DNA of 56,847 nucleotides, from the IMG/VR virus record IMGVR_UViG_3300020045_004368, positions 1 to 56,847 of that record; one strand, 5' to 3'. The position numbers and the translations under genes were made by a program. This document shows positions 49,481 through 56,847 of the stretch, one piece after another. Each line of letters opens with the position of its first letter. Within the stretch, counting starts at the first letter, position 1. The notes below the pieces were generated by a model. That model saw only the letters and a list, made by a program, of their open reading frames with translations, was not told the origin of the DNA and did not search any database. The DNA is from a virus. Taxonomy: Duplodnaviria; Caudoviricetes.

Positions 49481-50004
49481 AATTGCTCCTTGTTCCTGTT
49501 AAAAACTTCAGTCAGCGCTGCCCGCCTCTTAGCTGCATTGCTCAACTCATTGGCTGTGTACCCGTGCGCAGCCATCATCTGCACAATCTGCTTCACGGGT
49601 TTCTTGCTCCATTCAATCACCAGCTTCTCGATCTTGGCCTCATCAAAGCTTAGTCCGTGCTTGCTGGCATATGTATGAATGCCGTGACACTCCTTGCAGA
49701 CAATGCGCAGGTTGCTTGTCTCGCAATACAGGTTGTTGCAAAAGGCCCCAATGTCCGCCACAGAGAGAATGCTACCAGCGTCCACAGGGTAGTGGTCACA
49801 TTGGGTATCTTTCTGAGCAAACAAGCCTCCGCATATTGCGCATTTGTAGGAATACTTGCGCCTAGCTTGTGGCCCCTTGTAGGCCACTTGAGCAGCTTTG
49901 TAAGCCTCAGCTCGTGGAGGCCATCGTAGCCACTTTGAGCGCAAAGCTGATCGTATCCATGCCAAATATTGGCTCTCCGTCATCGTTCCCGAGCAGCGCT
50001 TCAT
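49477..50004 (-). CDS. HNH-family endonuclease
   Basis: YKCAIC...QCDH...NLRIVCKECH. Confidence 0.75.
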   Translation of the reverse strand: MKRCSGTMTESQYLAWIRSALRSKWLRWPPRAEAYKAAQVAYKGPQARRKYSYKCAICGGLFAQKDTQCDHYPVDAGSILSVADIGAFCNNLYCETSNLRIVCKECHGIHTYASKHGLSFDEAKIEKLVIEWSKKPVKQIVQMMAAHGYTANELSNAAKRRAALTEVFNRNKEQL

Positions 50005-50438
50005 TGCTTGAATTTCTGCAGGGTTTCCAAGGTCTTCAGCAGCTCTTCAGCGTCTTCCTCTGAGTCGATGTAGACGTTGTAGAGGAAGTCTGGTACAAGC
50101 ACCTCAAGGCTCTCGCTGGCAGGGTCAATGCTGATTTGACAGCCTTGCTCACTCATAAGGCGGAACGTGGCTGAGGCAGCCTTGCTGGGCTGAGCCTTTG
50201 GTGGATTGTAGGTGTCCGCAGATTCGTCAGTGAGGACGAACCCGCAAGGAATCCACAGCTTGTTCCGCAAGTTATTGCGGACAGCTTCTGCTGTGTACGT
50301 GGTGTCATAAGCCGCTGCGCCTACCATCTTAACTTCATGATACTCACTGCCGGCAAGCGGTGGGTAGCAGATGTATTCGCAGTTTTGCCTGTAGCCGTAG
50401 CTAACCTTGAACTTAAAAGGCTTGTCAATATCAATCAT
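50001..50438 (-). CDS. hypothetical protein with MIDIxKPF module
   Basis: Start behind AGGAGAATGAAATG; N-terminus paralogous to modules in 52926-53789. Confidence 0.65.
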   Translation of the reverse strand: MIDIDKPFKFKVSYGYRQNCEYICYPPLAGSEYHEVKMVGAAAYDTTYTAEAVRNNLRNKLWIPCGFVLTDESADTYNPPKAQPSKAASATFRLMSEQGCQISIDPASESLEVLVPDFLYNVYIDSEEDAEELLKTLETLQKFKQ

Positions 50439-50439
50439 T

Positions 50440-51402
50440 TCATTCTCCTTTGACATGCTTGGCAATCATGGCTGGAACATCCAGCCTGTCATTCTCAAAG
50501 CGCCTCATGTGGCACGCGTCAGCATACATCTGCATGATGGCTACAGCGTCCTTGGTGTGCTCTGTGCCGTCCCATGCCTTGTAGCTGACAGGCGCAGGAT
50601 ACCACGTTTCGTATTGCTTGTGGACAGCTTGAATGCATTCAGTGTCTGTCTTGCAATCATTCAGCAGCTTGTACGTGCTCATGTCGCCCCAGCGCTTACC
50701 TGAAAGCTCACGAGGGTAGTAGCCGTCTGCCGAGTCTCCGTTCACCCATTGTGCGTAGAACCACTTGCGGCCCTTTCCTTTGAGCTTCTTGTCGGCGGTC
50801 AGCCACAACCCCCCAAGCCCTCGAATAAGCTCTGGAGCCTCCATCTTGGTCCAGTCGTACAGCCAACCTTCAACGCCATAGCTATCCTTGTCCAAACTCA
50901 CTTGGATGATTTGCTGCTTCGTCTTCAAGCCAGCATGAGTCCTCATGGAGAGCATGTCGTCAGCCTCACAGCCTTCAGCAGCCACAGCTCCATAATGCTG
51001 AACAAGGTATTGCCGGCAAGCCTTGAGCTGCAATGGCCGCATGAGGTCGGCACGTTGTCCCTTATACTTGCTAGGAAGAGGCAGGTTGTCCCGGAAGTTT
51101 GTAGGGCCACTAATGTACAGCTCGGCTTTCACAGCGTCACAAGCTTCCATGATGTTCTTGAGGGTGACGTTGATGCTGTGCAAGGCATGACTAAGCTCTT
51201 CAGGCTCTTGCACGTCCTCGACAACGAATTCATCTTCCTCAAACAAGCCCTTGATGTGTGCCCTGAAGGCCGTCCTATGAGGGTGAGGCGTGGCCTTCCC
51301 TGTAGCCTTGTGGGTGGCAACAATGCTCCTAGTCTCGTTAGCTGCTGCTGCCCTGTAGGCAATAATGTCGCCGTCAATAACGGCAATTGTGTTCATTCCC
51401 AT
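50440..51402 (-). CDS. 5'-3' exonuclease (T7 gp6/RNase H-like)
   Basis: IDGDIIAY, NFR, YKGQR, EADD, SLDKD, GDSADG. Confidence 0.88.
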   Translation of the reverse strand: MGMNTIAVIDGDIIAYRAAAANETRSIVATHKATGKATPHPHRTAFRAHIKGLFEEDEFVVEDVQEPEELSHALHSINVTLKNIMEACDAVKAELYISGPTNFRDNLPLPSKYKGQRADLMRPLQLKACRQYLVQHYGAVAAEGCEADDMLSMRTHAGLKTKQQIIQVSLDKDSYGVEGWLYDWTKMEAPELIRGLGGLWLTADKKLKGKGRKWFYAQWVNGDSADGYYPRELSGKRWGDMSTYKLLNDCKTDTECIQAVHKQYETWYPAPVSYKAWDGTEHTKDAVAIMQMYADACHMRRFENDRLDVPAMIAKHVKGE

Positions 51403-51422
51403 GCGCTCTCCTTGTACAAATT

Positions 51423-51447
51423 AAAAAGCCCGCCCATTGGGCGGGCC
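51423..51447 (-). terminator. intrinsic terminator
   Basis: AAAAA-GCCCGCCC-ATT-GGGCGGGC on plus strand, just past the stop of the SSB-like gene. Confidence 0.7.
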
Positions 51448-51453
51448 TCGGCT

Positions 51454-52335
51454 TTAGAACGGGGCGTCGTCGTCAGAGTCTTCCACAGGGACGGGCTTAG
51501 GCGTCGCCTTAGGCTTGTCGGCAGGAGGCGTAGCTTGAGCCGTAGCCTGCGGCGTCACACTAGGAACACCAACAGACGCCTCCCATTCCTTGATAGCTCG
51601 CTCCATTGCGGAGCCTTCATAGTTGTGGGCTTGCTTGATCTGACGGATGAGGCCAGCGCGCAAGAACTTGATGTCAGCGGCAGTGGCATTCTCGAAAGTC
51701 ACCAGCTTAGCAGGCGTCTTCAGCTCAGCCACTTCCAGCATATTGCCATCATCATCCTCGGGCACCTCAGCACAGCCACGGAAGGAAACGTTCTTGTACA
51801 CAATCACCTTGCCGTCCTTGTCCAGCTTGCCGGCCTTGTTCTGCGTCTCCTTCACTTCCACTTGAATCATCAGCGGCTCACCCAGAAGCTGCTCAATGTC
51901 CATGCTCTCAATGATGCCCGGCTTTTTGATGGCCTTAGCCACCTTGGTGATGGGAGATGCAGGGTGCAGGCCCCACGGCTTGCCTTGAATAATCTTGCCG
52001 TCAGCGTCCTTCGGAGGCGTTGCAAGGAAGTTGATACCGGAGAACACGCCAGCAAACTCACGGTTCAGCGGGAGGCGGTAGTGGGCCTTGCCGATGGAGC
52101 CACCATAGTCAACGGTGTCAGCAACAAGGTCAACGAACACAGCCACTTGATGACAAGGCTTCTGTGGGCGGGTAGCGCCAGTGGACTCATCTACGAAGTC
52201 TTCACGGGGCTGAGTACCCATGTCAACGATGAGGCTGACGCGGGCTTTACGCAGGCCGGCACGAGGGACGGGACGGGGGCCGTTGTCGAACGAAGCGGAG
52301 GAAGCGGACTTAGCGTTTGCGGGAATGAATGCCAT
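51454..52335 (-). CDS. putative ssDNA-binding/annealing protein
   Basis: In replication cluster; Pro/Ala linker and acidic DSDDDAPF tail typical of SSBs. Confidence 0.6.
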   Translation of the reverse strand: MAFIPANAKSASSASFDNGPRPVPRAGLRKARVSLIVDMGTQPREDFVDESTGATRPQKPCHQVAVFVDLVADTVDYGGSIGKAHYRLPLNREFAGVFSGINFLATPPKDADGKIIQGKPWGLHPASPITKVAKAIKKPGIIESMDIEQLLGEPLMIQVEVKETQNKAGKLDKDGKVIVYKNVSFRGCAEVPEDDDGNMLEVAELKTPAKLVTFENATAADIKFLRAGLIRQIKQAHNYEGSAMERAIKEWEASVGVPSVTPQATAQATPPADKPKATPKPVPVEDSDDDAPF

Positions 52336-52364
52336 TTTGTAGTTCCTTTATGGTAGTGCGTTGT

Positions 52365-52664
52365 TTAACGCTTTTGGGCTGCGCTTTCAGCGCGGGAGGC
52401 AACAGCTTCTGCAAGCTGCTGTTTAAACTCTTCCTTGTTCAGCAGCACTCCGGTAAGCTCGTTGAAAGCTCCTTCGAAGATGTTGAACAAGGAAGACAGT
52501 GATTCTACATCAACAGGCTTGCCATTGCGGACAAGGCCATCAACAAATTGTGCAAGCAGGCATTGTGCAAGAACAAGGCAAGCTGTAGACGTGTCATAGC
52601 AGCTCTCAAGCACTTCTTGCACCTCAATGCATTGCTCGCTGATGTGTTGTTCAATGGTAGTCAT
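52365..52664 (-). CDS. hypothetical protein
   Basis: 99-aa ORF in operon. Confidence 0.6.
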   Translation of the reverse strand: MTTIEQHISEQCIEVQEVLESCYDTSTACLVLAQCLLAQFVDGLVRNGKPVDVESLSSLFNIFEGAFNELTGVLLNKEEFKQQLAEAVASRAESAAQKR

Positions 52665-52924
52665 TTATTTCCTTTCAGCTCGTCAATGAGCTTGGTGTCG
52701 TGGGCCACATGCGAGGCTTGCAGATTGATGAGCTTGCAAGCTTTCTCGTATTGCGCTTGCATTGATTCTAGCGTTATTTCTTGCCCAGCGTCAAGAATAT
52801 TTTCAACCATTTGAATGACAAAGGCTTGCCCAATGGCTTGCATGCGGAGGCTGTTGTCAGGCTCTGCATGCACAACGTCGCAGATGTTTAAGCAGAGCTT
52901 GGCGATGGATTCTTTGGTTGTCAT
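52661..52924 (-). CDS. hypothetical protein
   Basis: 87-aa ORF in operon. Confidence 0.6.
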   Translation of the reverse strand: MTTKESIAKLCLNICDVVHAEPDNSLRMQAIGQAFVIQMVENILDAGQEITLESMQAQYEKACKLINLQASHVAHDTKLIDELKGNK

Positions 52925-52925
52925 T

Positions 52926-53789
52926 TCAGCCTTTCGGTGCAGAGAGCGAGGTCAGGGCTTCAGCGTGCAGAAGTGCAGCCTCTTCGGTGGCGTGGGCGAA
53001 GCCGCGCTTAATCATGAGATGGTCAAAAGCATCACCGCACCAATTATCACATGAGGTAACGGGCTCTTGGAGGAAGAGGGCAGGGGAGTAGTAGGTGGAC
53101 CCCATGGCAGGTGCTTCCCGCATCGGCTCTGGCACGTCGTACTCACCAATACGAATGGTACGCGGAGGCTCAGGCTTGCGGCGGTATTCTACGGTGGGAG
53201 ACCACGAAGGATCTTTGTCAAGGGGTTGCCATGCGTCAACTTGACCTACGTATTGACCCTCCCACAGTTTCCACGGCTCTTCAGTGGTGAGTGCATCATG
53301 TCCGTATTGGATCATCTTGTCAGCGTGAACGTGTGCTTTGGTCATATCGACCTCCTTAGGTTGAACGGCTGCAGGTTCTTCGATAGGAACCCAAAAACCT
53401 TGGCGAAGGCAGCTAGCCACAAGGTCACGCAAGCAATAGAGGTAATCCTTCGGGCTGTCCTGCGGTGCCACTCGACAAGAGTCCTTGTCGTACGGAGTGC
53501 AGACAAACACAGCACCGTCATAATTCTTGAACTTGAATCGCTTGTCAATATCAATCATTTCATTCTCCTTGGGTTGAGTAGGGGTGGGCTCTTCGACAGG
53601 AATCCAAATTTTATCGATCAGACATTCGCGTACCAAGCCTTCATAGTACCTAGTACCTTCGGACAGAGAGCCAAGCTCCTTGACTCGATGCCAGTGGCCG
53701 CCACCATCATTTGGCGGGGAGCACACATATGTGACATCTTGATTTGCCCCATCTACAGTGAACTCGAACGGCTTGCTAATGTCAATCAT
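52926..53789 (-). CDS. modular hypothetical protein with two internal in-frame RBS/ATG sites
   Basis: Two MIDIxK modules plus an MTKAHVHA...EYRRKP module; internal AAGGAG+ATG at 53558 and AAGGAGG+ATG at 53345. Confidence 0.7.
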   Translation of the reverse strand: MIDISKPFEFTVDGANQDVTYVCSPPNDGGGHWHRVKELGSLSEGTRYYEGLVRECLIDKIWIPVEEPTPTQPKENEMIDIDKRFKFKNYDGAVFVCTPYDKDSCRVAPQDSPKDYLYCLRDLVASCLRQGFWVPIEEPAAVQPKEVDMTKAHVHADKMIQYGHDALTTEEPWKLWEGQYVGQVDAWQPLDKDPSWSPTVEYRRKPEPPRTIRIGEYDVPEPMREAPAMGSTYYSPALFLQEPVTSCDNWCGDAFDHLMIKRGFAHATEEAALLHAEALTSLSAPKG

Positions 53790-53803
53790 CTTATTCTCCT
53801 TGG

Positions 53804-54352
53804 TTACGCAGCCTCTAAGGCCTCAGCCACAGCTTCCTGAAGGTCAGCCAAGCTGCTGTCGTTGGCAATCTTCAGATCCGATGGGATGTAGTGTACGCCG
53901 CTTTCCGACACATGCGCAACAACTTTCTGCGCTGATTGTCGGCTGACGTGCCACACACGCCCCCCATTGCTCCTTACCATCATAGCTTCATTCTCAAAGC
54001 GAATGTCCGTTACGACGACGTTGAAGCCTTGCGCCATGTACTGGAGGATGGTCTCTTGGGCCAGCAAGGTCCACAGGTGCTCATGGACGAGCTGACGGCC
54101 CCACTCAGTGCCCAGGCTCTGCATTAGCTGTCGAGGACTCTTCCCCAACCAGTGTACTGGTTGCTCCTTTTGAGGGCCATCACACTGATAGGGACTGAGG
54201 ATGCGCATGGCAATCAAGGCATCCTTAAGCGGGCCTGCGAAGGAGACAGACCTCCAAGAGCTGTCTTGGAGGAGGAAGGAGGCCACAGTGTCTTTCCCGG
54301 AGCGTGCAGGGCCTGTAAGGCCGATGAGACTAGGAGCGTTAGATGAGGTCAT
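53804..54352 (-). CDS. deoxynucleoside monophosphate kinase
   Basis: IGLTGPARSGKDT, FA.PLK, SPRQLMQSLGTEWGR, VVTDIRFENEA, H.SE. Confidence 0.9.
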   Translation of the reverse strand: MTSSNAPSLIGLTGPARSGKDTVASFLLQDSSWRSVSFAGPLKDALIAMRILSPYQCDGPQKEQPVHWLGKSPRQLMQSLGTEWGRQLVHEHLWTLLAQETILQYMAQGFNVVVTDIRFENEAMMVRSNGGRVWHVSRQSAQKVVAHVSESGVHYIPSDLKIANDSSLADLQEAVAEALEAA

Positions 54353-54707
54353 TGTCGAGTGCCCTTTCGTATTTTAAGATATCTCTTTTGGTATAGTGGA
54401 TTGTGTTGGGGGTGACGAGAGTGTGCCCGTTAGTGTACAGCCATTCAAGCATATCAATAGCTTTCACCTTACGAATGGTGAGGCGGCCAACGCGAGAGCG
54501 CTTGTACACGTATGGGAACCCTTTGGGTATCTTGACAAGCTGGCTGAAGGCGACGGCGATGAAGCCGTCTCCGACAAGTAGGGCCTCAACACAACCAGCT
54601 ACGATGGAGGCCCAAGCTTCAGGGGTAGGGGCTGTGAGGGCAGCTTTATAGGAAGAGGGCAGCCGCCCACGTCTGTGGGCGGTGCCTTGAGGTAGCGGGC
54701 GAGTCAT
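54339..54707 (-). CDS. hypothetical basic protein
   Basis: 122-aa ORF overlapping both neighbours. Confidence 0.6.
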   Translation of the reverse strand: MTRPLPQGTAHRRGRLPSSYKAALTAPTPEAWASIVAGCVEALLVGDGFIAVAFSQLVKIPKGFPYVYKRSRVGRLTIRKVKAIDMLEWLYTNGHTLVTPNTIHYTKRDILKYERALDNDLI

Positions 54708-55288
54708 CAGTCGTCTATCTCCACAGTGTATGACATGAGCGCGTCTACGACGCGCGGGTCAAGGACGTGACGGTAGAGAGCCGCTACGCGGCTGGCTTCG
54801 GCTTCTTTGGCTTGCTTGTAGGCTGTGAAGGCAGCTTCAGAGGTATTGAAGAGTCCCAAGTAATTGGTTTTGCCGTTAATTCTAAGGTATGCCTTAAACC
54901 TCCCATTCTCTTTATCCTGGCACACTCCAATCGGCCACTCTCCTCTGTCTGCATTTCTTTTAACAAGCAAGTTGTTCACTGCGCTGTGGACAAAAACGCA
55001 AAGCTCTGGGCAATAGACTTTGTTTCCTTTAAGGAGTATGTCTTTATCCAACGCTCCAGTTCCATAACCTACTTGTTGTCTGGCCCACTCGATGAATTCA
55101 TGGCAAGAATTCCACGTGTAGGAACAACCAACATATGTTGGTTTGTTGCGCTGGAGGCTCCCTCCAACCTTGCAGCGCTGCGTCATGTTGTTCCAGTACC
55201 TACCGCCTACGGTGGGGTATTTCTTCCCGGCAACTGTACCAGACCCCATCCACTCTCCGTATTCATTCTTGTAGTCCTCAAGTTTCAT
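54707..55288 (-). CDS. free-standing HNH-like homing endonuclease with AP2-like C-terminus (copy B)
   Basis: Same 193-aa length and motifs as copy A; identical MKLEDYKNEYGEWM start. Confidence 0.8.
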   Translation of the reverse strand: MKLEDYKNEYGEWMGSGTVAGKKYPTVGGRYWNNMTQRCKVGGSLQRNKPTYVGCSYTWNSCHEFIEWARQQVGYGTGALDKDILLKGNKVYCPELCVFVHSAVNNLLVKRNADRGEWPIGVCQDKENGRFKAYLRINGKTNYLGLFNTSEAAFTAYKQAKEAEASRVAALYRHVLDPRVVDALMSYTVEIDD

Positions 55289-55298
55289 TTCATTCTCC

Positions 55299-56847
55299 TT
55301 AGTGAATGTCTCGCCAATTCCTACCCACTTTGCCCTCTCCTGCCAAAGGGATGTGCAGCTTCAAATAAGCTCCAGCCTTAACCATAGCTTGTTCCATCAT
55401 CAATCTCAACTTCTCTGCCACCTCTGGTGAGGTCTCGAATGTGTACTCGTCCTCGGTGTTCAAGACGCTTCGCTAGAGCGTCCCCGCTGGCTACGCCAGC
55501 CGCTGCATGTCACCATGCAGGTCAGACCATATCATCATCCCCGCCATGCGGGGATGCCAGCCGCTTCCAGCTCGCTTGAGCTGTACTCCCTTTCGGGATG
55601 GTCGTTGCACCTTCTGAAGCTGTCGCCTCAGCTTGGCTCAGGATTGTCTCAATGAGATGTTCCCTGAGTTCAACCGGTTATTCAATTGACATTGCTGCCA
55701 AAGGCCACCACAAGTTAATGGTAATACAAAACGCGAATCACCTTGCACCCGTCTAGCTCATAGTACGGCCTACCAAGTTCGTCCAGCTTCATCTCTCCCA
55801 GCATTGTATCCATGATGCAGCATGCTGTGTCCATAGCAATAGCCCCCAAGCTTTGTAGGATGGTGTTAGCAAGGCTGTGTTTTGAGCGTGTCTTGAGAAG
55901 TCTACCATCAATAGCTGGGACAACTTTCTTACCGCCCGTTGTTTCCCAATACTTGGTAAGATTTGTCACGAACTTGTCCAGAGACGGGTTGGCGTCCCAG
56001 AATGCCTTGTGCATCGTCTTACCTTGTGCTGGACGTGCTCCCACCATCTTTGCCAGCTTTTCCGGTGAACAACCATAGAGCAGAGCATAACCAGCAGCCT
56101 TAGCTTTATTTCTAAACGGCTTGAACGCCGGGTCGTCCTTACTAAAATCAGGGCTGGTGATGTCAAATTTAGCGGCCTCTGCAAACATAGCCACAGCAGT
56201 TTTACTGTGGACATCTCCTTTCAGAAGCTCCTCGGCATATGCTCCTCCATCATACCTGTACGTCATGTGGCCCGCACACCGTTGCTCAAGGCCGGCGCTG
56301 TCTGCACCAACAAGCACGTTGTCTCCTTGAGCGCAGAACAGGCTTCTGAATTCGTCACCGTACAAGCTGCCGCCTCCTGCTCGTGGTACGTTACACACTA
56401 CAGAATGGCATTGACGATGACTCACAGCAATCTTAGTGGCTGATGCCCCAATCCTGCCGTCAAAGGCCAGCCGAGCATTTGCCATCCACGATGTCAGCAC
56501 ACTTCGTCGGTTACGCAATGACAAAAACTTAACAACGTCCTTGATGAGCTGGCCCTCCATCGCCTGCAAATTGGGGCACAGCACACCGCCCTCTTGGATC
56601 TTGGGGCTCGTCTCAATCACCTTGCCTTTGTCATCCCGCATGGGCTTGCCGCTAGCGTCTTTCTGCAAGTTGTAGAATGTCGGCTCCCATCCGATGGAAA
56701 TCAGCCAGCTCTTGAAATGCTGCTGATCGCCAATAACCATCGGGAGTTTCACGTCTAGGGTTGTTTTGGGCTCGATAGCGTAGACCTTTCCATAAAACTC
56801 TACAGTGCCGTCATCCAGCACCTTTCCATTGTGCTTGGCAATGAAGC
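55299..56847 (-). CDS. polA: family A DNA polymerase, 5'-partial; join(>56847-55718,55451-55299)
   Basis: Motif A GADSAGLEQR, GDVHS, motif B RNKAK...YALLYG, NTILQS, motif C YYH|DE restored by splicing, C-terminal G.NW.DIH. Confidence 0.92.
55452..55717 (-). mobile_element. group I intron 5 (polA motif C), 266 nt, no ORF
   Basis: P1 TACCAT|TAA...GTGGTG; core nearly identical to intron 2; ends GAG|GACGAG. Confidence 0.92.

Noticed and set aside
50749-52356. 535-aa plus-strand ORF
   Set aside because: Antisense shadow of the exonuclease and SSB-like genes; no motifs or RBS

Overview
This window is a large part of a tailed dsDNA phage genome, siphovirus-like (tail tube, 1716-aa tape measure, no sheath gene seen). 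It is cut inside the family A DNA polymerase at the right edge. Layout: repeat-rich non-coding region (~540-2280); leftward block of accessory genes (2.3-13.5 kb; HNH, HD hydrolase, RNA ligase, Bro-N/ANT, PEP-CTERM protein, ClpP-like, PhoH); second repeat-rich non-coding region (13.55-14.2 kb); rightward packaging, head, tail and lysis module with two tRNAs (14.2-41.6 kb); leftward nucleotide metabolism and replication module (41.6-56.8 kb). The standout feature is a family of five related, ORF-less ~250-nt group I (IA2-like) introns, each at a conserved motif: three in the terminase large subunit, one in nrdA (NLC|QE) and one in polA (YH|DE). An endonuclease-free class 3 (Ala-start, WCT) mini-intein sits five codons after the first intron in the terminase Walker A. 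Two paralogous free-standing HNH-like endonucleases are candidate trans-acting mobilisers. Other notable items are a phage-borne PEP-CTERM protein (suggesting a betaproteobacterial host, by inference), palindrome and GCGAAGC repeat families shared by both non-coding regions, an unannotated highly acidic 41-aa peptide and a reused 14-nt RBS cassette. All protein calls come from motif recognition by eye; no database searches were run.
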